64,000 bases of DNA from the human T2T-CHM13v2.0 reference genome, Homo sapiens: assembly GCF_009914755.1 (NCBI RefSeq), contig NC_060929.1, one strand, 5' to 3'. Below the pieces are notes generated by a model that had not been told where the DNA came from, searched no databases, and saw only the letters and a list, made by a program, of their open reading frames with translations. The position numbers and the translations under genes are program-made. This document shows positions 1 through 12,930 of the stretch, piece by piece. Each line of letters begins with the position of its first letter. The stretch's first letter is position 1.

Positions 1-3000
1 TATAATTAAAAGAAATGAAAAGAAATGAAGAATTCAAAAATAATCGTTAGGAATTTCAATACTCCACTTAAAATACTGATAGAACAGCTAGACTAAATAT
101 GACCAAATAGAATACTTGAAGAATACTATCAACTAATTCAACCTAAACTGAAATATAGACAGTGCTTCTCCGTTGATTGTAGAATATGTATTATTTTAAA
201 GCAACAGAGGAACATTTTCAGGATACACTATATACTAAGGTACAAACATAATAAATTTTAATATATTAAAATCATATATAGTATTTTTTTTTAACCACAA
301 CAGAGTTGAATTCAAACCCAGCAAGGAAAATGAATCGTGAAAATCCCCAAATCTTTAGAAATTAGGCAACACACTTCTGGATAATTGGTGGGTTAAAGAA
401 ACAATCTTGAGAGAAATTGGAAAATAATTTGAATTGAATGAAAACAAAAAGACAACAATTTAAGACTTACTGGACTTGTCTAAAGCACTTTCTAGAGATT
501 TAAATGGCTTAATCAGAAATAAGAGATAGGATTCAATAATTTAATCCTCTACCTTGAGAATATTAGAAAACAAAGTTTAGCAAACTAAACCCAAAGCAAG
601 CAGAAGAAGAAACATATAAGGATTGGAGCAGAAATTAGTAAAACACAAAACATACAAATAATAGAAAAAATTAATAAAACCAATGTTGGTTCTTTGAAAA
701 GATCAACAAACCTGACAAACCCTTAGTTTTATTTTCCCTTCAAGAAAAGAACAGAAGACAAACATTACCAAAATCAAGAGTGAAATAGGAGACATCAGTA
801 TGTGCCCTGGAGAAACTACAAGGCTTATGATGAATATTATGAAAAATATTATGCCACCACATTAAATAACTTAGATGAAATAGAAAAATTCCTAGAAATA
901 ACCAAATTATTGAAAATTGACCCAAGAAGAAATGGAAAATCATAATAGACTTACAGCATAAGTAAAGACATTGAATCAGTAATTAAATTTAAAAAAATGC
1001 CCAAGAGCAGATGACTTTATTGGCAATTTCCATTATATACTGAAAGGAGAAATAATATGAATTCTTTACAGATTCATTCAGGAAGAAGAGACACTTTACA
1101 GCTCATTATATCAGTCCAGCATTATTCTGATACAAAATGTAGAAGACATCACAAAAGCAGAAAACTACTGACAAATATTCCTCATAAACATAGACAGAAA
1201 AATCCTTAACAAGACACTGGCTGGCAAATGAATCTGCAATATGAAAAAAATAAATCATTACCAAATAAGAATTATCCCAAGAAAGCAATGTTGGTTTGGG
1301 AACAGAAAATCTATTAGTCTAATACACAATATTAACAGAATAAAGGGCAAAACCACATGATTATCTTAATAGATGTTGAAAAATCACTTATTAAAATCCA
1401 GCACTCATTCAAGATGAAAACTCACACAAAATATTATCAATAGAAGTAAGCTTTTTCAGTCTGATAAAGAACGTCTGTGAAAAACCTACAACTAACATTA
1501 TAATTAATGGTTAGAGAATGAATGCTTTGCCCTTAGGATTGAGAAGAAAGCAAAGGGTGGTTTACTGTCACCACTCCTATTCAACATTGTACTGGAGGTT
1601 CTTAGCCAGTATAAGGCAAAATTAATTAATTAATTAATTAAAGACACTTTTTATTGGAAATGAAGCAACTGTCTTTAATTCCAAAACATGATACCATATA
1701 TGAAAAGTTCTAGGGATCCACAAAAAGAAAAATTACTAGAACTAATAAATGAGTTTAGTAAGATTTCGGTGTGCAAGATTAATAATACAAAATTGTATTT
1801 CTATATACTAGCAATGAACAATTTGAAAATTAAAATATTTCATTCACGATAGCATAAAAAATGTGGAAATGAATTTAACAAAATGAGTACAAGACTTATA
1901 CACTAAAAACTATAAAATGGTACTGAGAAAAATGAAAGATCCAAATAACTAGTGAGATAAATAGTCCATGTTCATAGATGAGAAAACTCAATATTGTTGA
2001 GATGGCAATTTTCCCAATATTAATCAATAAATTAAACATATTCCCAATCAAAATCTTGTCAGTCTTTCTTTTTGGTAGAAATAGAGCAGTTGATCCTACT
2101 AGTTATATAAAAAATATTGAGACATTTAACAGTAACTGAATTTAAATTTTGTTATAATGCAATAGTGATCATAACAGCGTGCCGTTATTTCAAGATAGGC
2201 ATAAAGATCAGGGGAATAGAATAGGGATTACTTACTTTTATGGTCAGTTAATGTTTAACCAACATGTCAAGGTAATGCTGAGAAAATTGAATATAATTAA
2301 TTTTAAAAAACAGTTTTATCTTATACCATACACAAAAGTTAACTTAAATTTTATTTTGGCACTAAATGTAAAAGCTAAATATATGAAACTTCTCATGTAA
2401 AATATAGGAGGAAAAAAATTCATGAACTTGGGTAGGTAGAGTGACTTTAGACATAAAACTAAAAGCGTAATCCATGAATACAAAATTAATAAACTGAAAT
2501 TTATAAAAATTGCAAATTTGTGTGCTTCAAATGACAACAAGAAGTCAATGAAAAAGCAAGTTATAGACTGGGAGAAAAATAGTCACAACCTATATAGCAG
2601 GTAAGGACTTAAATCCACAAAACATAAAAACCTCTTACAACCTTATTATAAGGAGACAATTCAATTAAGTATAGATATTACACCAAAGATATATGAATGG
2701 CTAATAAGCACACAACAAGATGCGCAACACCGTTATTATTTAGGCAAATGCTAATTAAAACCACAATGGTGTATCACTACACGTACCCACTAGAATGATT
2801 ATAATCACAAAGACAGAAAATGCAAAATGTTAAGGGTGTGGAGAAACTGGAACACATATAGTCAGATCGGGGTAATATACAAGGTTACAGCCATATTGGA
2901 ACACAGTTTGAGAACTTCTTAAAATTTTAAACAGATTGACCATGTGATCCAGAAAATTCAGTCCTAGGAATTCAGTGAAGTGAAAATACAGGTCCATAGA

Positions 3001-3488
3001 AAGTCAGGCATGTGAATATTTATAGCAACAATGTTTTTAATAGTTCTAAACTAAAAACAATCCAAATGTCCAAATGTCCACTGGTGAATTGATAAACAAA
3101 AGGAATATATTTATACAGTGAAATATTATTCAACAATTAGAAGGGATGTGCTACTGACAATTTTGCAATATGGATGAACTTCAAAAACACTATGCAAAGT
3201 GAAAGAAGCTAGAATTAAACAATTACATATTTATAATTCCATTTATATGAAATGTCCAAAAAGGGCAAATTTACAGAGTCAGAAAAATGTTTAATGATTG
3301 CTTGAAGCTGGAGGTGGGGGCTGGATATACTGTACACAAGCACAGGGGAATCTCGTAGGGTGATGAAAATATTTTAAGACCAGATTCTGGCGATGGCTGT
3401 ACAACTCTTTCCATTTACTAAAAATCACTGAATCACTTTCAATGGGTGAATTTTATAGTATATAACTAATACCTCAATAAAGCTGTTT
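1..3488 (+). mobile_element. Old LINE-1 (L1M, probably L1MC/MD/ME class): degenerate ORF2 and 3' UTR
   Basis: A-rich L1 ORF2-like motifs (ggttctttgaaaagatcaacaaa, ctattcaacattgtactggaggt) and a typical L1M 3' end (atgggtgaattttatagta...cctcaataaagctgtt); many stops; subfamily uncertain. Confidence 0.85.
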
Positions 3489-3499
3489 AGAATTTTATT

Positions 3500-5900
3500 T
3501 TTCAGTTCATATGATTGTAACTGCTTTGGAATGATTTGTACATTACTATTATTTAATACAAAATTTCCTAGACCTTCAGAAAAATAGATTATAAAGCTAT
3601 TGGGACTGAGTTATTTTGGGGTGGGAATATCTCAGACCAATATATCAATTGGATTAATGTTTATTGACCTGTGTAACAAATGTAGTTATCTTATACTTTT
3701 TCATAGTCATATATGCAATTTGGTTTTTGTAATGTATTAGCATACTGATACTGATGAAATGCTTTCATCGTATTAATGTCTCAATATTTATATGGTAGTT
3801 TTTAATTATCATTCCATATATTTTTACTTTTCATATTACTTGTCTCTTTGGTCAGTCCTACTAGAAATCTTTTATATCAGGTTGTTTGATAATATACTCT
3901 GTTGTTTCTGTTTTCTATGGTGTTAATTCCTGTTTCTTTATGTTTGTTCCTGTTCATTTTACAATGGGGTTGAGGAATACTTTATTCTTTAAATTTAATT
4001 TTTAAAAAATTTATGACAAATATTTTTGAAGATATTAATAATTATACATCTCAGGATTTATACTTTAAGTATTTCTATTTATCATTATTTTCCAAACACT
4101 TCTTAATTTCTCTACCCCTAATGTTATTTAGTAATAGATTATCTAATTTTCAAATATGTGGAACTTTTAAATATTTTATATTAGCTTTTAATTTTATTAA
4201 ATTTTGGTCAGAGAATATAAATGATGTAGTATTGATTATTTGTTATTTCTTAAGACTTTGTGACCTCACAAATATTCTGCTTTTATGAATGTTTTATATA
4301 TTCTTTTTTTTTTTTTTTTTTTTTTTTTTTGAGACGGAGTCTCGCTGTCGCCCAGGCTGGAGTGCAGTGGCGCAATCTCGGCTCACTGCAGGCTCCGCCC
4401 CCTGGGGTTCACGCCATTCTCCTGCCTCAGCCTCCCGAGTAGCTGGGACTACAGGCGCCCGCCACCTCGCCCGGCTAATTTTTTGTATTTTTAGTAGAGA
4501 CAGGGTTTCACCGTGTTAGCCAGGATGGTCTCGATCTCCTGACCTCGTGATCCGCCCGCCTCGGCCTCCCAAAGTGCTGGGATTACAGGCGTGAGCCACC
4601 GCGCCCGGCCTATATATTCTTAAAAAATGTTTATTTTCTGTTTCTTGGTTGTAGTTGTCTATAAAAATCTAATGGCTTAATATTCTTTTTTTTTTACTTA
4701 ATATATAAATTTCTGAGAAGTGTTTGCTTAAATCTCTAACTCCAGTTATTGATTTATTTAAGTCTATTACATTCTGTTTGTTATTGTTTGACATATTTAA
4801 AGTCTATATTATTAGGTGAATATATGCTCATGATTGTTATACTTTCTTGTTCTTGTTCTTGTCATTTTTTACTTCATATATTGTCCTTCTTTGTCACTTA
4901 TGATACATTTTTGGACTCAATTCTAATTTTTAAGTGTTAATATTGCTGCATATGCTCTCTTCCTCTTCATTTTTGTCTTGTATATTTTTATTATCTTACT
5001 GGTTTGATATTTGCATGCCTTTTCATTTTAATTTTTCTCAATACATGGGTTCTTTTTTAAACATCAAATTACCAATTGTCTCTTAATTTGTAGGTTTAGC
5101 ACATTTATATTTATTGTTATTTCTGTTATAGTGAGACTTGGTTCTTTCATTTTTAAAATATTTTCGGTTACTATATTTAGTAGTTTCTTCTTTCTAGCTT
5201 TTTTTGGGTGGTGATTTATTTTTGTTCTTATTATGACTATCCCTAAACAAATAGCCATACTTTTGATTATTTATTCTATTGCTAATATCTGTGTCTATTG
5301 TCAATTTCTTTGTCTTCTCTCCAAATGTATGTTAATCCACTCTCCATATATTTTCTGTAAATATAATTTTGTTATTAACTTGATTTTAGCTTAAAATTCT
5401 TATTGCTTTTCTCTTTTATTCTTTTTTTGTTAATTATAGAAATTGTTCCTTTCTTCAGATATTTCTTTCTATATTTATTTCCTTCTTTTGGAGACTTCTA
5501 ATTCTATTTTAAATGTTCTTTAGCTTTTCCTTTTTTAGAAAAATTGTTTCTTATTTCCATTGCCTTCTAGGAGAATTCCTTGATCTGATCATCTGGTTCA
5601 CAAGTTCATTATTTATTTGTACCTATCCCATCTTTATTCTTTATATTGCTAGATTTATTATCATTTGAATATTTTCCATATACAAAATTTCCACTTTGTT
5701 CTTCCTTTATAACTTCTTTCTTGTTATTGTTTTACATTTGTTTATGCAGATATCTTCTCTTATCTCTCCATAACATAATTAGACTTGATAAAATATTTTT
5801 CTACCCATTCCAATATTTCTACTTCAATTAATACATGTTGTTTAGTATATTCTATTTTTTACTTGTCAGATATACAGATATTCTTATTGTAATATTCCAT
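3500..5900 (-). mobile_element. Highly decayed antisense L1 fragment(s), interrupted by an Alu
   Basis: T-rich composition with L1-antisense-like motifs (tggtcagagaata, gtctatattattaggtgaata); boundaries approximate. Confidence 0.55.
4304..4610 (-). mobile_element. Young AluY, AluYe-like
   Basis: Full dimer with most CpGs intact, pure poly(T) tail, TSD TATATATTCTT at 4295-4305 and 4611-4621. Confidence 0.95.
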
Positions 5901-8106
5901 AATGGCTGTATTTATTTTTTCTGCTAAATTCAGTTAGGTAGTGTTCAATGTCAAGCTTCAGTCTGTAGCCCTTCTGGTGAGTATAAGGATAGAAAAAGAG
6001 ATAAGACCCAGTGCTGGAGGTTCTGAATCCCCTCTTTTCCACTCCAGCTTGCTGCCACTTCACCAGGTCAGGAATCTATCTGTAAGGTCTCAGGCATTGT
6101 CAACATTAGGAAGAGGTGTTTTCTGTAGGTTGTGATCCACCACCTAGGGGTTTGGAGGGGAAGGAGATGGAGTCATATATCCTTGCGCCTGTTTTCATCA
6201 TCCCCCAGCTGGCCTTTTGACTTGCTCTGTCATTCCCCTCTCTACACCTGTGACCTAGTTAGTACGTTGCTGTTGATTTTCTGGGGAAGGGGGATAGTAG
6301 TGATTGTTTTGAGTTAATTACTTTGATCTGTAATTTCCCTATGCTTCTGTAGTATCTTCAGGAATGATTTTTGAGAGAAAACCAAGAGCCATCCTGCTTT
6401 TTCTTTATGCTTCGGTCACATTTCCCTTCTTTCTGTCCATTCCTTAAAAAGGACAGTCTAGTTTCCACCACAAATCCTTTGCAATTGCCGTTCTCTATGC
6501 CCAGAATGTTCTTCCCTCAAATGTTTTTGCCACTATATCTAAAATAGTCCCCATTCTGGTCACTATTGTATTTTTCTGTTTATTTGTGAGAGCACTTACT
6601 ATAATTTATAGTTGTTGTGCATATCTGTCTCTTTCTATCAGAATGTAAGCTCCTTAGAATATGTATTCCATTTTTTTCTCTCTCTCTCTTTTTTATTTTA
6701 TATTTTCTGTGGCAGCTTCACAGTCCAGAAGAGTGCTAAAATGTAGTTAATATGTAATAAATTTTGTGGAATAAATGAACAAATGAATGAATGAAATAAC
6801 TTATATGGCCACTGCTTATCTTATTTTCAATGTATTTTTAACTTCTTTCTAAACATATGAATAGTGGAGTATGTTCTTTAGCTTTTCTTTTCTATTTTCA
6901 GTTCTTTTCCTTCTAGATAAGAGTTTCTCAACCTGATCTTCTGTATCCTACTTTTATTCTTTATATTATGTGACATACTGATACATCATAGGTCTACATT
7001 CTAAGTGTTTCATATTTATCATTAAAATGTCTTTATTTTGACAATGATAACATGAAGTTGTATTTTGCAATGTGATATTCTAAAGAAAAATTATCCAGTT
7101 TTATTATTTGGTTTTAGGTAAAAGTTAAAGTCAAGTTAACTCTATATCTTTTTTAGCTAGGTTATGTCACAATAATAAGTTGCCAAATAATGTTTCATAA
7201 GAATTCACTTGATCCTTATTGCAAATCTGGAATGTAGGTAGGGTGTGAATTTCCATTTTTCTGATGAGGAAAGTGAGGTGCAAAGAGGTGAAGTGAGTGG
7301 GTGGCAGGTCTGAGACTTGAACACTAGTCTTCAGTTATTACTTTGTACATTTGTTTTTCTTTACCATCAGGTTTGTTCCTAAGTGTATGTCACATTATTA
7401 GAATAGAGATTTGGGCTTTCTCCTGCCGTACCTAAAAGATGTTTAGTTTACTTGGCTTGTCAGTAGAGAAAACATTGAAAATAACAACAACAACAACAAT
7501 AAATGGTTCTGTGTCAGGCACTGTTCCAAGTGCTATACATGAATTAACATATGTAAATCCCTATATAGTCCTGAGAGTTTGACAAAATTATAACCATTTT
7601 GCACATGAGGACACTAAAGCATAGAGGTGTTAAATAACTTGTCCAAGTCCCATAGCTTAAGTGGCAGACTTAGAAATATGAAACAAGCAATCCTGCTCTT
7701 AATTACTATTCTAATCTATAATAATAGAAACTTTGCTGTAGTTTATAGTTTACTTAGAGCTTTCATATCCGTAATCTACTGGGCCTCACTACTACTCTGT
7801 GGAGAAGGCAGGCAGGATTGGACAGACGAACAACATGCCAAGTTTCAGAGTGGTGACGTGGCCTACTTCACCCAGACAGCAAGTGGCTGAAGTAATACTG
7901 AAATTCTTTCTTTTGAAATCTAATTTTATCTGTTCTTGGATCATGTTTTATTGCCCATAAATTTATTAGCTCAATGTAGCCTTCATGATATGTTTTTCTT
8001 CTCCAGCAATTTACATTATTGTGGGCTTAAAATGTTAATCTATTTATACATCTAAGGACTATTTTGTTTCTTACATTTTGACGTTCCTTGATCATGTCTT
8101 TTGCAG

Positions 8107-8234
8107 CTGAATTGTGATGATTTTAAAAAAGGAGAAAGAGATGGGGATTTTATCTGTCCTGATTATTATGAAGCTGTTTGTGGCACAGATGGGAAAACAT
8201 ATGACAACAGATGTGCACTGTGTGCTGAGAATGC
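8107..8234 (+). CDS. SPINK5: SPINK5 exon 5, Kazal domain 2 core (128 nt)
   Basis: ttgcag|CTGAATTGT...AATGC|gtgagt; LNCDDF...[26 protein letters not shown]. Confidence 0.98.
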
Positions 8235-10243
8235 GTGAGTATTCTCTGAAGTAGGCTTTCTCCCTAAAACGTGTTCTCTCTATAATTACATGACACAATT
8301 TTCCCTACAGTCTTTAAGCTAACGATTCATTATGTGGGAGTTAGCCATTCCTAAATTATTAGTACCACTTCTTTTACTACTCTTAAGACAAATAAAGGTG
8401 TATAGCATAACACTTTATATTTTACAAAGCACTTTTATGTATGATTTATCAGATGGTTATCACTTTATGAAGTAGACAGAATAGGGAGATTATAGATTAT
8501 ATGTTCATAATCTATAAAATGTTATAGATTTTATATTTAAAATGTATAATAAAATATAGCTTTAATATAATAAAACAGATTTAATATTTTAATAAAATAT
8601 AGACTTATGATTTTATAATCTATAAGTTATAGATTATATGATTATCATATATAACAGATTATATAATATATTTACACACATACATACATATATACATATA
8701 TATACATACACACATCTATCTTCTATCTATCCATCATCTATTATCTATTTGTTTATCTATGTGTATACCCTTTTTCACAGAGAATTATTTCATCATCAAA
8801 TTATGTTTATTAAGTGCTTAATAATTTGTAATATTAGAGTAGATAATTGAGACTTTCAATATTAAATTTCTTCCCATCTCTCAACATTTACCAAATAGCT
8901 AAGGCATCTTACTGTCCTATATCTTGTCCCTGTTTTGTTCTTTCTCTACCTTCAATGCTAGATTTGGTTATCAATTGTCTTCACCAACAAGATGACATAC
9001 CTGCTTGGCGGGTTCTGGCTTGTGATCTCAATCTTGAATTGTCTGGTCTTAAGGTTTTGCAAATATGAAAACCAAGGTGTGTACAGGCTAATGAGGGGTA
9101 TTATAATTATTCACTTTTTGAGATCCTGCAAGCTTTAGCTCTCCTTGCAATAAATATTTTCAGCAAAATAAAACTGCATTAAAACACTCTCATCTTTTGC
9201 AGGATGGTATTTTCAGAAATTCACTTTAAAATTATGTCCTCAACTCTCACCAAGGGTCAACATAGAGAAACCGAAAACAAACGTAGATATATGAAGAACA
9301 CACAGATTTTTATCAGATATATATTGTGTAGCACAAGTATGAGCATGCTATATATTTAATTCTTACTGTGTCTTATGTGGGGAATCCCATTATAAATCTT
9401 TAAATCTCTGGTCCAGGTGAAAGTTTCTCTCCCCTAATTTCTGGTATATTTCTTTGTACTATGTACTTTGTACTATGCGATGAGAATCATACTTCTCCTT
9501 GTGTTGTTTCCCTTGCAGCTCTAGCTGCTAGGAGGCTCTACAATAAAATTGAAAATTTTATTTTTATAGTGCCCCTCAGCTGATATCCTTTGAAATAACT
9601 TTTTTCTTATCACTTTTAAATATTTAGTTTTTTTCTTTATATTGTTTTTACTAAATTTTTATTGTTTTACAGATGTTATCATTGTAATCTGCTTTAACTT
9701 TTTACAAATTAGGAAATATGTCTTACATTTGCGGTTCTGTGTTTTCAGATATACTTTAAAGGTCTACGAGACTGAACAAAATTAATTATCAAGACTTTAT
9801 GTACTTTCTATGAAAAATAAAATACTAGTCTTCATAACCCAAATAAAGAGTAGTATAGTGGGATGTTAGATAATACAAATTTGACTTTGTTTATTTAAAA
9901 CAACAAAGTTCCTTGGGTGCTGAGTGTTATCTATTATCCAGTTACAAGCTTTACTTTTCCCCATCTTCTGATGTGGATCCCTCCTCTAAACAAAGGTTAA
10001 AAAAAGATTTCTATAAATAACATTTACAAGTCTGAATCTTTACCATCTCTTCCATGTTAACTACATTTCTTTGACTTGAAGTTATAAACAGTGACTTTTA
10101 TTAGAAAAAGTAATAAAATAATACTATGTGGCAGCTGTTTTCGGGAGTAAAGGAGAATGACAATGCAATGTAGAGCAGTTAGGTTTGAATGGTGGGAAGT
10201 TCTGTGATATTAAACTGCTGTGTCTACTAACTTTTGATTCTAG

Positions 10244-10307
10244 GAAAACCGGGTCCCAAATTGGTGTAAAAAGTGAAGGGGAATGTAAGAGCAGTAATCC
10301 AGAGCAG
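10244..10307 (+). CDS. SPINK5: SPINK5 exon 6 (64 nt), end of D2 with its 6th Cys
   Basis: ttctag|GAAAACC...GAGCAG|gtgagg; KTGSQIGVKSEGECKSSNPEQ. Confidence 0.98.
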
Positions 10308-11195
10308 GTGAGGTCAATTGTCAGCCTGATGGGAAATACTGGGAGGCTAACTTCAAATAGTAAGTAGGTGCTCTCCTCTTCCTTCTTAGGTGGGAGCCTT
10401 GGAAGGAATTAATTCTTGCTTTATGTGAAATGGAATACCCAGTACTGCCCACTAATATGAAAAAGCTAATTATAGTCTCTGAAACTGGATCAGATTACTT
10501 TGGTGGTTAGATCTTTCAATCTATTGCTGCTTTGTATAAAAAAAAAAAGAAGAAGAAGAAATAAAAAGGAAACTACATGTGTAGTAGAAAGGGCACAACA
10601 CTTCAGTCACTTAGCCTGCGTTAAAACCCCAGCAGTGTCACTTGCTGTTTGGAGACCTTGGACAAATTACTTAACCTAAAATGAGATTTGAACTAAATAG
10701 ATTTTTTTTCTATGATACAGTTTTGTGAGCCTGTGATGGTAGGGGAAGGGGAAGGAAGAAAGGATCTCATACATGTCACACTTGTCTTTTTCCAGGTGAA
10801 TGATTTTCCTAATTTTCAAGGTCTGATGCCCTTTTTATAAGCTTCCAGAGCACCTGAGGTGACTTGCACCAAGTCATTTAGCATCATGCAATTTTAAATG
10901 TCTCTTTTTATCACCTAGGAGATTGGGAGCAAGTTGATGGCAAGGACTGTGCTCTGTCTGAGTTCTGGCACATAGTAGGTTATCTGTTTACTAAATAAAT
11001 GAATAAACAAGTAAAAAAGTTTTATATTTAACCACATGAATTATAGAGTACTTACTGAGCTACATCTACACAGCTGGTACTGCTCTAAGTGGCCCATAGC
11101 AATGTCAGAGGGACTGAGTTCAATAAAATTTCTGAAAACAGTGTTGTCAGCATTACAATCTTGGTAAGTTTCAAGTTCTTTTCCCTGTTCTTCAG

Positions 11196-11323
11196 GATGT
11201 ATGCAGTGCTTTTCGGCCCTTTGTTAGAGATGGAAGACTTGGATGCACAAGGGAAAATGATCCTGTTCTTGGTCCTGATGGGAAGACGCATGGCAATAAG
11301 TGTGCAATGTGTGCTGAGCTGTT
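11196..11323 (+). CDS. SPINK5: SPINK5 exon 7, domain 3 (128 nt)
   Basis: ttcag|GATGTATGC...CTGTT|gtaagt; DVCSAFRPFVRDGRLGCTRENDPVLGPDGKTHGNKCAMCAEL. Confidence 0.98.
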
Positions 11324-12866
11324 GTAAGTAGCATCATCCCCAGGTGGACTTGATGATGATGCACTTGGTTGCTGTCCCGAGAATCACTCAGCAGAGAGAT
11401 AAAATCCTTTTCATGAAGCATGCAATTCTTTGTCTTTACACTGTGAAATAGCCTTTCTCACAGAAAGGCTTCTTTTCTTTTTCTTATTATCATTGATTGA
11501 AGTTTCTTAAAAGAAGAGAATAAGGTGGTCATGTTAGTTATTAAATTCAAGACTCTCATTTCTTTTAAATTACAGTAATTTGAAAATGTATAGTGTTTTA
11601 TAAGGCACAATATTTTAAAATTTAGAAAGCACTTTCATATGGAATGATCTAGGTCAGTCGTCTGACATCCATTGCTTCATTTGGGCATATGTAGAGACCC
11701 TTCCTGAGTAATGTGAGGCTAATTAAAATAATAATAGTAATAATGCCATGTGTCTGAATCTATTTATTAGCTTAAAAAGTGGAACGCGGATCATTACAAA
11801 AGGAAGGGCTATTGGGTTAATCTTTATCTGAGTGCCTGGCAGTGCTTGGGCATTAAAGACGCAGATGTGGATAAGATCTAATTAGTCTTTCATATTCTGG
11901 CTGTTAAACAAGGTTTAGACTCTCTAATTCACGTGCCAGCAAACCTTAAATTGCTATATTTACATCACTGGAACTTTAAAATCAGGACAGAGATTTAACT
12001 GATTAGCAAACAAACGTCACACCTGCCTTTGAAAATTACAGTTAGTCCTTGTAGAATTCAAGGACATGTCCAATCAGGTTTACAAAACAGTGATGATAAC
12101 TGGTTTCCAGACAGGAAATCAGCCTGATTTCCACTTTCTTATCTAGGAGACATGTTCTCTCAATGTTCAAATCTGCCCTAATTCTGTAGGGTTTTTTTTT
12201 CTTTTTATGCATTATGTGAAAAGGGGAATTTGACCTCTCTAACTCCTGGTTTCTTACTCTGTGGAACTGAGATAGCCACACCTATCTCCGGAATGAGACG
12301 CTAATCAAATGATAGATGTGAAAGGGCTTAAAGCTCAATTCAAATGTAGCTTTCATTAACAACTTAGTACTTTTACATGAAAGCAAACAAATACTTTACA
12401 AGGTATACAAAGTTATACTTAAGGGTGTGGATGGCAATGTCTCAAATGCTCAGTTTGGTTTCACCCTTGTCACAGCATTATTTTAAAGCTCTTGGTTCTG
12501 CCTGTTAAAGGGAATTTTCCTGACAATCTTCTGTTTGTCAATCAAGGTGTCACACCCATTCAGTTTTACAGAACAAAGCTTCTAATTGACTGTCAGTGAG
12601 TCAGTTTCACACCCTTTCTTACTATAGGCAAGAAAGCTAATTTACAGAAAGCAAGTTTCCCAGATAAGCTATTGCCGTCTTTCTTTCTTTCCTTATCTTT
12701 GGCAATTTCTCTGGCTCAGGCATTGAAGACGGAAATGCTTGTCTCTTGTAAGAGGATCATTTTCAGCAATTCGTAGCAGAGGATATGAAAGTGTTTAGCA
12801 CAGGACTGAGGATACTGAAAATATGATTGAGTCATAAACTGACCAACTGTTTACTTTTCTTAACAG

Positions 12867-12930
12867 TTTAAAAGAAGCTGAAAATGCCAAGCGAGAGGGT
12901 GAAACTAGAATTCGACGAAATGCTGAAAAG
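12867..12930 (+). CDS. SPINK5: SPINK5 exon 8, linker (64 nt)
   Basis: taacag|TTTAAAA...GAAAAG|gtaaaa; LKEAENAKREGETRIRRNAEK. Confidence 0.97.

Noticed and set aside
5512-6970. Patchy similarity between ~5512-5650 and ~6871-6968 (tgttctttagcttttc, ccttctag...ctgatc, tttattctttatatt)
   Set aside because: Low-complexity T-rich sequence in a decayed L1-rich zone; most simply two old repeat fragments
11161-11170. Strong donor-like TTG|GTAAGT 32 nt upstream of exon 7
   Set aside because: Too close to the acceptor to define an intron, and I could not support a matching upstream pseudo-exon
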